Shown here in pieces: positions 9,487-17,427 of a stretch of 24,000 nucleotides of DNA. This DNA comes from Promethearchaeota archaeon Loki_b32 (GTDB lineage Archaea > Asgardarchaeota > Lokiarchaeia > Sigyniarchaeales > SOKP01), in NCBI GenBank assembly GCA_005223125.1, contig NJBH01000011.1, positions 77,055-101,054 on the forward strand. Reading direction: 5' to 3'. Position numbers and translations under genes: made by a program. Numbering within the stretch: position 1 is the first letter of the stretch; the number at the start of each line of letters is the position of its first letter. The notes under the pieces are model-generated. The model searched no databases, was not told the origin of the DNA, and saw only the letters and a program-made list of their open reading frames with translations.

Positions 9487-10392
9487 TTATTCTAATTCAA
9501 TTTTAAACGCTAATTTTCCATTTTCTAACTTTAGGATTTTAGCTCTACGATTCTTTGCTAAAATCTTGAAAATCTCCTCCAAATCTTCAAGGGGAAGTGT
9601 ACTAAAATCTTCTTGTTTTGCTTCTCTTAATTCATATATCATAATAGGTTCGATTTTACCGTTATCATAAGCCCATTTCCATATCTCATCAGACCATACT
9701 TCAAGAGTTTTCCAGTATACTCTTAATCCTTCTTTTTTTTTTGATAACCACTTAGCTTGTTTTTGGCTAATTAATTCTTCAGCAATTTCTATTATATATT
9801 GTTCACGTTTGGTGAAATTTACAAATGGTTTATGTGTAATTACCTCTCTGGTGTATAATATATGAAGAACAGCAAATCTTACATAATCAAAAAGAACTTT
9901 TGCCCATTCTGTTTTCCATGAAATATAATCGTTTTTATTTTTATTTTTATCAGGCATTGTATACATGAATTTTTTCCTTTCTTCCTCTATCCATGGATAA
10001 GCAGTTAATAAATTTTCATAAGCAGTTAATTTTTTTTCTAATAAACCCTTTTCTCCGATAATTTCTTCTTCTAGAGTTTGCAATTCGGCTTCAACTTGCT
10101 CTGCATGCTTTTGATAAACTTTATGATCGATCTCTCCTAATTTTGAAGATAATATATCTTCTAGTTTTTCAAATTGATCTTCTATATAATCTAACTCAGT
10201 AGATTTAATTTCATCTTCTTTTATGATTTGCTTTTGAGCAGCTTCTATTTCTAACTGTTCTTTTTCTTGTTTTAATTTTCTTAATCTTGCTAATTCTTTC
10301 CTTAATTCCTCTAGCTCTTTTTCAGCTTGTTCCTTAACTTCTTTAGGAATTTCTGTAGATTTTTCTCTCTGTCTTTCCATAGTAATCCTCAA
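9487..10392 (-). CDS. vps25: ESCRT-II Vps25-like protein with an N-terminal coiled-coil extension of about 130 aa
   Basis: C-terminal half matches the Vps25 layout: 'YPWIEEERKKFMYTMPDKNKNKNDYISWKTEWAKVLFDYVR' (cf. PWQYRFPPFFTLQPNVDTRQKQLAAWCSLVLSFCR) and 'AKWLSKKKEGLRVYWKTLEVWSDEIWKWAYDNGKIEPIMIYEL' (cf. LEWLDKSKSSFLIMWRRPEEWGKLIYQWVSRSGQNNSVFTLYEL); 6 nt from vps4. Confidence 0.83.
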   Translation of the reverse strand: MRITMERQREKSTEIPKEVKEQAEKELEELRKELARLRKLKQEKEQLEIEAAQKQIIKEDEIKSTELDYIEDQFEKLEDILSSKLGEIDHKVYQKHAEQVEAELQTLEEEIIGEKGLLEKKLTAYENLLTAYPWIEEERKKFMYTMPDKNKNKNDYISWKTEWAKVLFDYVRFAVLHILYTREVITHKPFVNFTKREQYIIEIAEELISQKQAKWLSKKKEGLRVYWKTLEVWSDEIWKWAYDNGKIEPIMIYELREAKQEDFSTLPLEDLEEIFKILAKNRRAKILKLENGKLAFKIELE

Positions 10393-10398
10393 AATTTA

Positions 10399-11610
10399 TT
10401 ATACTTCTCCGAATTCCTCTGCCCAATCGTTATATTGTTTTAGTAGTGCTGGATGTGTCATTGGTTTTACTTTTTTGAGTGTTTTTTTGAAATCTTTCAA
10501 ATTAATATCTCTAACATTAACTTCTTTATTAGAATCTTCTAAAAGACCACTCATATCTAATTCACGTACTGGCAACATTATTACCTCACGACATACATTT
10601 GCAATATCTCTACCGGAATAACCCTCACTTCTAACAGCTAATTCAACGTAATCTTCATTGGATAATGCTGAATCTACTCCTTCAGTATGAATCTTAAAGA
10701 TTCCAGCTCTAGCTTTTAAATCTGGAAGAGGAACATGCACTCTTTTTTCAAATCTACTTAACATAGCATTGTCTATATCCCAAGGGCGATTTGTTGCCCC
10801 TAATACCAATAATATTTTGTCATGAGTTGATTTCAATCCTTGTATTTCACTTAATAACTGTGTTTTAACTCTTCGCTCGCCACCACTCTCAGAACCCTCT
10901 CCCCGTTTTGTTGCTACTGAATCTATTTCATCCATAAATATTAAACTAGGTGCTTTTAATCTCGCAACTTTAAACAAAGAACTGATTAATTTTTCACTTT
11001 CACCTAACCATTTGCTTAGTAAATCAGCAGAAGATGCACTAAAAAATGTAGCATTACATTCAGTTGCAGCTGCTTTCGCTAATAATGTTTTACCACATCC
11101 AGGAGGTCCAAAGAGTAATATCCCGGACCAAGGCCTTCTCGCTCCGGTAAATAATTCTGGTTTTGCTATTGGTAAAACTATAGCTTCTCTTACAGCTTGT
11201 TTAACATTTTCTAAACCTGCAATATCATTCCATTTTACATTAGGAGATTCTGTAACAATTGTACCCGATATCATATCTATGAGTTCTTGTTCTTCGGATG
11301 ATACTCCAGCTTCAGCTTTCGATTTATCATCACCCCCTGACACACCCGGTCTTCTAGAGAGTCTCGCGCTTCTAGGTCCACCAAGCTGAGATTTCAATAT
11401 TTTTGCGCGATCAACATATTCTTCGATATTTTTTTGACATAACATTCTCATCTGAGGGTTCTTATTATATTTCATAAATTGCATCAATATTTCAGCTGCA
11501 CGTTGATATTTGTTTATAGCTTGTCTGTATTTGCCCTGACTATCTAGAGCAACTGCCTCCTTTGCTGTCGATACAGCATATTGATAAAGTTTCGAATCTA
11601 CCGACGACAT
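10399..11610 (-). CDS. vps4: Vps4-like AAA ATPase with N-terminal MIT domain (ESCRT disassembly ATPase)
   Basis: N-terminal three-helix MIT-like region 'LYQYAVSTAKEAVALDSQGKYRQAINKYQRAAEILMQFM'; Walker A 'GPPGCGKT', Walker B 'LIFMDEID', sensor/arginine finger region 'MLSRFEKRVHVPLPD', 'SGRDI'. Confidence 0.95.
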   Translation of the reverse strand: MSSVDSKLYQYAVSTAKEAVALDSQGKYRQAINKYQRAAEILMQFMKYNKNPQMRMLCQKNIEEYVDRAKILKSQLGGPRSARLSRRPGVSGGDDKSKAEAGVSSEEQELIDMISGTIVTESPNVKWNDIAGLENVKQAVREAIVLPIAKPELFTGARRPWSGILLFGPPGCGKTLLAKAAATECNATFFSASSADLLSKWLGESEKLISSLFKVARLKAPSLIFMDEIDSVATKRGEGSESGGERRVKTQLLSEIQGLKSTHDKILLVLGATNRPWDIDNAMLSRFEKRVHVPLPDLKARAGIFKIHTEGVDSALSNEDYVELAVRSEGYSGRDIANVCREVIMLPVRELDMSGLLEDSNKEVNVRDINLKDFKKTLKKVKPMTHPALLKQYNDWAEEFGEV

Positions 11611-11628
11611 GATAACTTTATAAAAACA

Positions 11629-11706
11629 ATTTTATTATTTATAGCTATTCTAATTTAACAATCAGTAATATTAATAATTCTAACCGTATATATCAAATTT
11701 ACTCTT
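11629..11706. repeat. 78-bp direct repeat, copy A (upstream of vps4, at the left boundary of the 4.1 kb cassette)
   Basis: attttattatttatagctattctaatttaacaatcagtaatattaataattctaaccgtatatatcaaatttactctt; 71/78 identical to copy B at 15738-15815 by manual ungapped alignment. Confidence 0.93.
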
Positions 11707-11910
11707 AGAAAGAAAGATAAAATATTCAACATTTATATTATTGACATATTTTAAATATAATGGAAGAAAAAGAAAAGAATTTACGCATGAACCTTTCTAG
11801 AATTCTGTTGTCAATTTAACAATTAAGTTTTATGGAATTATAAAATGTAATTATATATTTATATTTTTGAATTACCTTTATTATTTTAAAAGACAAATAT
11901 AAGAAGTGAA

Positions 11911-13101
11911 ATGGTAGAGTTCAAGATCAATAAATATATTACATTAAAACTTGAATGGAAAAAGACTAATATCTACGTAAATAACAGACTATTTAATCAG
12001 TGTAAATACATATTAACAAGAAAAAAGATCTCTGATTTAGAAGATCTCCTTGAAATGGAATCAGTCGATGAATTATCGGAAAGTTCAATAGACTCTTTTT
12101 TAGAGAATTCATGGGATGACCTTAGGGATTTTGAGCCTGAATTCATAGACATCCCAATAGAAACAAGATTCTGGGTTCATTGTTCAAATTTACAAGTCTG
12201 GGCAGAAAATAATTATGATACAAGATTACTTCATAGTAACCTCTCATTTCCCTTATTGAAGCGATTGGCGAAAGCAGGTGATCCTACTGCTAAAATGGTA
12301 TTCAAAGAAGAAATTGCTAAAAGATTTGCATCAAACTACCCTTCAGTGATAAACTTTCTCACTGAAAAGGGGTATGATGAATATTTGAGTAGGGAAGAGT
12401 TTTTTAATAGTATTCTTTCTAATAATCAAGCCGATACTATGATTGAATTAGAAAAAGTAGTGAATATGAGATACAGTCTGAATGATACTGTCAATAAACC
12501 ACTTAGGGAAGATAATGGAGAAGAAGTATACTTTGCTATAGATAATAGAAATGTCGTAGAACTTGAACTTTATTACAATGAAACACATCCAGAATATTTA
12601 TTAGATTTAATTCATAATTTCAATAAGCTAAAAGTACTATATTTATATCTTAGTGAATATACTGAAATATTTCCTAAAACATCACGGAAGTTCAATTCTT
12701 TGTTAGAATTAAAAGTTGCGATATATGGTTGGACAAAGATTCCAGATATATTTGATAAATTTCCAAATTTGAAGACTTTAGAGATTCATGGAGAAGGAAT
12801 TGTGAATGAACTAAATTCAATTACCAAACTCAAACAATTAGAAACCTTAAAACTGATCTATGTGAATATAGATAAGCTTCCAGACTCATTAGGAGACCTA
12901 AAATCGTTAAAAAATTTATTAATAAGTAATACAAATATTGATACTCTTCCAGATTCAATTGGAACCTTAAAAAATTTATCTTATCTTAGGCTATTAAGAA
13001 ACCCGTTAAAAGAATTACCGAGTTCAATAAAAAATCTAAAAAATCTAAAAAAAATAAAGTTAGATAAAAATCTTCTAGAAAATCTCAGACAAGAGAAATA
13101 A
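11911..13101 (+). CDS. Leucine-rich repeat protein
   Basis: C-terminal tandem LRRs: 'LPDSLGDLKSLKNLLISNTNIDTLPDSIGTLKNLSYLRLLRNPLKELPSSIKNLKNLKKIKLDKN'. Confidence 0.87.
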   Translation: MVEFKINKYITLKLEWKKTNIYVNNRLFNQCKYILTRKKISDLEDLLEMESVDELSESSIDSFLENSWDDLRDFEPEFIDIPIETRFWVHCSNLQVWAENNYDTRLLHSNLSFPLLKRLAKAGDPTAKMVFKEEIAKRFASNYPSVINFLTEKGYDEYLSREEFFNSILSNNQADTMIELEKVVNMRYSLNDTVNKPLREDNGEEVYFAIDNRNVVELELYYNETHPEYLLDLIHNFNKLKVLYLYLSEYTEIFPKTSRKFNSLLELKVAIYGWTKIPDIFDKFPNLKTLEIHGEGIVNELNSITKLKQLETLKLIYVNIDKLPDSLGDLKSLKNLLISNTNIDTLPDSIGTLKNLSYLRLLRNPLKELPSSIKNLKNLKKIKLDKNLLENLRQEK

Positions 13102-13351
13102 TCTAATCCTCAAGAAAGATATCTCTTATCGTCTTATCGTATTTAGTAGTCCCATTCTTGATTTTATGCATATAATTTCTTATAATAACTACTTTTGAAT
13201 TCGTAAAATTAATTCTATAATAATATTCTCTATATATTATTCAATCTAATAATTTGATTTATAAATTAATTTAATAGAAAAGTTAAACTCTCAAAAAATA
13301 TATCAAAATTTATTAATTTTTGTTTAAAAAGTTTGGATTGGATACTATTCT

Positions 13352-14125
13352 ATGCTAAGTAAAATACAAAAAATTACTCTGGGTACTAAAGAGTGGGCAG
13401 ATAGCAATGTAAACTGCTACTTAGGCTGTTCAAATAATTGTCGATATTGTTATGCGAAAAAAATGGCAATAAGATTTAATAGGAGGACTGAGGATACGTG
13501 GAGAATAATGATCCCTAATCAAAAAAACATTAAAAAAGGGTATGCTAAGAGAAAAGGGAGGGTCATGTTCCCCAGTTCTCATGATATTACATATGAAAGT
13601 TTAGAAGGCTGCATTATTGTATTAGAGAAACTTTTAAATGCAGGAAACGATGTGTTGATTACTACTAAACCTAGATTAAAATGTATTAAAAAGATTTGCA
13701 GGCTTTTTTTTAAAAAAAAAGAATTAATCCAATTTAGGTTTACCATAACTTCACTTTCAAATGAACTATTAAAATTTTGGGAGCCCTTTGCTCCTTTATT
13801 TGAGGAAAGAATCAATGCATTGAAATTTGCATTTAATAAGGGTTATATGACTAGTGTCTCAATTGAGCCCTTTTTAGATGAAGACCCTTTTACCTTGGTC
13901 GAAACTCTATATCCTTATATAACTGAATCAATATGGATTGGGAAAATGAATTATGTTTTCACCAAGAATATAAAGTCTAAATTCATCAATTTTTATAACC
14001 ATATTGAAAAGATAAACTCTAAAGAAAATCTGTTAAGGATCGTAAAGAGAGCAAAAAATTATGATGAATCTATTATTAGAATTAAGGATAGCATTCATAA
14101 TTTTTTAAATAAAAACAATATATAA
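13352..14125 (+). CDS. Radical-SAM-like three-Cys protein (phage Gp37/Gp68-like / SPL-like), probable partner of the downstream TcmP-like gene
   Basis: 'TKEWADSNVNCYLGCSNNCRYCYAKKMAIRF' contains CX3CX2C plus an upstream Cys; 'VMFPSSHDI', 'VLITTKPR', 'TSVSIEPFL' resemble the core strands of this family. Confidence 0.78.
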   Translation: MLSKIQKITLGTKEWADSNVNCYLGCSNNCRYCYAKKMAIRFNRRTEDTWRIMIPNQKNIKKGYAKRKGRVMFPSSHDITYESLEGCIIVLEKLLNAGNDVLITTKPRLKCIKKICRLFFKKKELIQFRFTITSLSNELLKFWEPFAPLFEERINALKFAFNKGYMTSVSIEPFLDEDPFTLVETLYPYITESIWIGKMNYVFTKNIKSKFINFYNHIEKINSKENLLRIVKRAKNYDESIIRIKDSIHNFLNKNNI

Positions 14126-14300
14126 TAATTAAATCAAGATTTAAAATATTTAACAAAAAATTACTAAACTTATTATCATTGGGAAATTAAAACAATTATT
14201 ATTTTTAAATTCTATAAAGTAAAAATCGAATCTTTATGTCGGTTTTTGTCGGTTTTTATGTAATTTATACAATAATTACCTAATAATTTTATTTATAAAG

Positions 14301-15329
14301 GTGTTCCTTAACATTATTCATCAAATGGCTAATACTAAGAAGAAAACCAATTTTGAATTTCATCTGCAAAATATAAAGAAGTTAGATAATGATTGGAGAT
14401 TTTTAGAAAAAATTCCAAATTTTCCTTATAAAAATCCAAATTTTTACTATTCTAGGGGTGATAATAGCGGATGGTGGATGGCTATCAAGCAAACCGCTTT
14501 CAGAGGATATATAACCGCATATCTCTCAATTTTGGGGAAAGTAAGTGACCGGAAACTTTATTTTATTGATCCTTTAAGTAGTTATGGTTTGGTTAGAGTT
14601 ACGAAAAATCAGGGAAAAGATAGATTTACATTCCCTGGTACTTCTATTAATGCTGAATTAATATCTAATCGTAAAAAAAAAGGATTTGATGGTTTTTATA
14701 TAAATGATTTAAAGCCTACAGAAAGAAAAATATTAAACGAGAGAATGTTGTCAATTAAAAATTATTATAAAAGTAATAGTGAAATCAACATTGACTTAAG
14801 TAACGATAGAATTGATTCTAATAAATGGCTCATTGATACAATGAGAGTTATCGATGAGGAAAATAGTTTTTATCATTGTTTGATCATAATTGATAATCAA
14901 GCTATGGATATCTATTATGATACTATTCAGCAAGTTAGAGAAATCAGTGAATTTAGTGATGTTATAATTACTTTTCAAGACGCTAATATTGCTCGAGCAG
15001 TTCCCTCAGGAACTCCAAAGATTAAGAAGTTTTTTGGATGTGAAATTCCCACTGACACAAAAGATCCAAGAAAAGTCTTATGTAATATATATTGTTCCCA
15101 ATTAAGCAAAGTTAATTTACCTAAAATTCAGAAAATGAAAGTGGCTTCTGAAAATAAATTTTACTATACATTATTATTTTGTTGTCGACAGAAAGCCACA
15201 GGAAAATGGTTTAAAATAATCAAATATTACAATGATGAAAGATTTAAGAACTTCACAGATAGAGATCAAAAAAGAATGTGGGACATTAAGGAAGGTAAAC
15301 AGCTAAGTCTTACTCATGATTGGAATTGA
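14301..15329 (+). CDS. TcmP-like three-Cys-motif partner protein (start may be the Met near 14325)
   Basis: 'W.AIKQTAFRGYITAYLSI......LYFIDPLSSYGLVR......FPGTSINAEL' and C-terminal 'YYTLLFCCRQKATGKWFKIIKY' match my recollection of TcmP layout; directly downstream of the three-Cys gene. Confidence 0.65.
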   Translation: MFLNIIHQMANTKKKTNFEFHLQNIKKLDNDWRFLEKIPNFPYKNPNFYYSRGDNSGWWMAIKQTAFRGYITAYLSILGKVSDRKLYFIDPLSSYGLVRVTKNQGKDRFTFPGTSINAELISNRKKKGFDGFYINDLKPTERKILNERMLSIKNYYKSNSEINIDLSNDRIDSNKWLIDTMRVIDEENSFYHCLIIIDNQAMDIYYDTIQQVREISEFSDVIITFQDANIARAVPSGTPKIKKFFGCEIPTDTKDPRKVLCNIYCSQLSKVNLPKIQKMKVASENKFYYTLLFCCRQKATGKWFKIIKYYNDERFKNFTDRDQKRMWDIKEGKQLSLTHDWN

Positions 15330-15531
15330 AACGTTTTAATGATTTTTTACTATTATCCTCCTTTTTATGTTATGAAATTTGTATTATAATGTAAAAAAAA
15401 TTTCGATTAAAGAGTATCATATGACAATTTTTCCTATTTATTATTAAAATCTAATTCCCTTATTTATTAAATCATTAAAAGAACTTCATAAAATAAATAT
15501 AACATTAAGTTCATTCTTATTATTTGAGATA

Positions 15532-15738
15532 ATGCATAAAATTTTCTTTCGGAATCAAGGTCAAGGAAAAGAGATCTCATTATCTGAAGATCATCTTCTA
15601 AATATACTTATCAATGAGTTTCAATTTGCTAATGATATTGAAATTAACTTATGTTTGTTCGGGAATCTAGGGAATGAACTTTTTCTTGACCCTCACCTAG
15701 AAAGGAAATTAGAAAATGAAATTAAAGATAGAAGCTGA
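15532..15738 (+). CDS. 68-aa hypothetical protein at the right end of the cassette; its stop codon touches repeat copy B
   Basis: Intact ATG-to-TGA ORF; no recognised motif. Confidence 0.45.
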   Translation: MHKIFFRNQGQGKEISLSEDHLLNILINEFQFANDIEINLCLFGNLGNELFLDPHLERKLENEIKDRS

Positions 15739-15815
15739 TTTTACTATTTATAGCTAATCTTATTTAACAATCAGTAATATTAATAGTTTTATCAGTATAT
15801 ATCAAATTTACTCTT
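15738..15815. repeat. 78-bp direct repeat, copy B (upstream of the Snf7-family gene, at the right boundary of the cassette)
   Basis: attttactatttatagctaatcttatttaacaatcagtaatattaatagttttatcagtatatatcaaatttactctt; same orientation as copy A, offset 4109 bp. Confidence 0.93.
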
Positions 15816-15898
15816 TAAATGAATGAGAATAAAGAATGGTCTCCAAAAAATTAAATACCCATCATAGCATTTATATATTATATAATTACTAATTAGAT

Positions 15899-16543
15899 TT
15901 GATAAATATGGGTTTTCTAAAGGATATTTCAAAATGGTTGTCTGGTGGTAAGAGTAAAGATGGTCCCCGCTCTGCTGCGATTAAATTGAAAGTATTTAAT
16001 AAAAGATTGATGAGACAAACAAAAAAATTAGAAATTAGCGCAAAACTTGCAAGAGATAAAGCCGTAAATTTAAGAAAACAGGGAGATTTAGACGGTTCAA
16101 AATTTCATGCGAGGAATTACCTTCAAGTAAAGAAGCAAGCGAGAGCTGTGGAAATGTTTCGCACCAATTTGGAAGGGCTCCTTTTCAAATTAGAACAAGC
16201 AAATGCAGTTAAAGACGTATCTCAAATCATGACAGGTATTGCCCAGTCTCTAGCAACTTTAAAAAGCCAGCTTTCGGTGCCACAAATGACACAATTGATG
16301 AGTCAAATCGACATTGACATGGAAGAATTTGCCGTTACTGCTGATATCGCAACAGACGGTATGGATAGTATCAGTATTGATACTGCTGTGATGGATTCAG
16401 ACGTATCTGAGGTTCTCGGAGAAATTGATGCCGAAATCCAGGTAGAAATGGGAGTTGCTTTACCAAGTGCGGCTTCTGGTGCTTCTGATGAGAAGATAGC
16501 TGAATTAGAGAAAGAATTAAAGCGATTGAAATCTGACGAATAA
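15899..16543 (+). CDS. ESCRT-III Snf7/CHMP-family protein (ATG at 15908 is the more likely start)
   Basis: 'MGFLKDISKWLSGG', basic helical alpha1-alpha2 region (LKVFNKRLMRQTKKLEISAKLARDKAVNLRKQGDLDGSKFHARNYLQVKKQA), 'LKSQLSVPQMTQLMSQIDIDMEEF' region, acidic C-terminus with a terminal MIM1-like helix. Confidence 0.9.
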   Translation: MINMGFLKDISKWLSGGKSKDGPRSAAIKLKVFNKRLMRQTKKLEISAKLARDKAVNLRKQGDLDGSKFHARNYLQVKKQARAVEMFRTNLEGLLFKLEQANAVKDVSQIMTGIAQSLATLKSQLSVPQMTQLMSQIDIDMEEFAVTADIATDGMDSISIDTAVMDSDVSEVLGEIDAEIQVEMGVALPSAASGASDEKIAELEKELKRLKSDE

Positions 16544-16736
16544 AGTTAGTCTTTTTATTATTCACTTAATTTAATCACTCGGCAAAATTGAGGCAAGTTT
16601 GATTTTTATATTCAATTTTTAATCAATAATCAAGATCTTTTTTCAAAAGATAAGAAATAATAAAAAATATAAGTATTTCCTTTAGATTAAATTTAAAAAG
16701 ATACTAAATAATTATTGATTTAATTATATAACTATT

Positions 16737-17297
16737 TTGAGCAGAATGGATTTTAACTTTAAAGTTATTATTATTGGACCTCCTGCTGTGGGTAAGACAA
16801 GCCTTCTAAATAGATTTATACATAACGACTTTAAATTGAGTTATAAAATGACTGTTGGTGTTGATTTTTTAACTAAAGCTTTGGAATATGAACCATCCAA
16901 ATTTGTTAAACTCCATATTTGGGATATAGGAGGTCAAGAAAAATTTAAATTTCTCCATCGTAGCTTTTACGAAGGCGCATTTGGTGCATTTATTGTATTT
17001 GATCTCTTAAGACATCAAACATTTTCAAGTATGAAAACTTGGCTTTCAGAAATGCGTAGCATTGTAATTGATGATATTCCTAAAGTAATAATAGGAAATA
17101 AGTCCGATTTAATACCTGAAATTGGTCAGATTATAGATAGGAGTGAAGTAGAAGAATATGCAAAAAAAAAAGGCTGTTTTTATGTTGAAACATCAGCTAA
17201 AACCGGAGAAAATGTTGAAAATGCTTTTCTCGAACTTACAAATCGCATGATAGAGAAAATGGGGAAGATTATTAACAATAATAAAGAAAATCTATAA
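16737..17297 (+). CDS. Rab/Ras-superfamily small GTPase
   Basis: G1 'GPPAVGKTS', G2-region 'TVGVDF', G3 'WDIGGQE', G4 'NKSD', G5 'ETSAKTG'; no C-terminal prenylation Cys. Confidence 0.96.
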   Translation: MSRMDFNFKVIIIGPPAVGKTSLLNRFIHNDFKLSYKMTVGVDFLTKALEYEPSKFVKLHIWDIGGQEKFKFLHRSFYEGAFGAFIVFDLLRHQTFSSMKTWLSEMRSIVIDDIPKVIIGNKSDLIPEIGQIIDRSEVEEYAKKKGCFYVETSAKTGENVENAFLELTNRMIEKMGKIINNNKENL

Positions 17298-17427
17298 AAT
17301 CAATTAAATAAAACCAAGAATTAAAGCTATTTTTTCAATTCTCTAAACAGCATTTCTTAGCAAAATTATTAAAAGACTTATTTCTATTTTAAACTTATTC
17401 TACAAATCAAAATTTTGTATTTATTAA

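Noticed and set aside
11012-11389. 125-aa ORF on + strand opposite vps4
   Set aside because: Shadow ORF antisense to a strongly conserved AAA ATPase coding frame.
14238-14257. Tandem GTCGGTTTTT GTCGGTTTTT upstream of the TcmP-like gene
   Set aside because: Only two copies of a 10-mer with poly-T; could be terminator-like T-tracts for the upstream gene but insufficient for a repeat array or regulatory call.
15340-15530. AT-rich non-coding stretch downstream of the TcmP-like gene as an ncRNA
   Set aside because: No strong GC-containing stem structure or repeat; composition matches other intergenic DNA here.
16371-16565. 64-aa ORF antisense to the Snf7 C-terminus
   Set aside because: Shadow ORF of the acidic ESCRT-III tail, no support.
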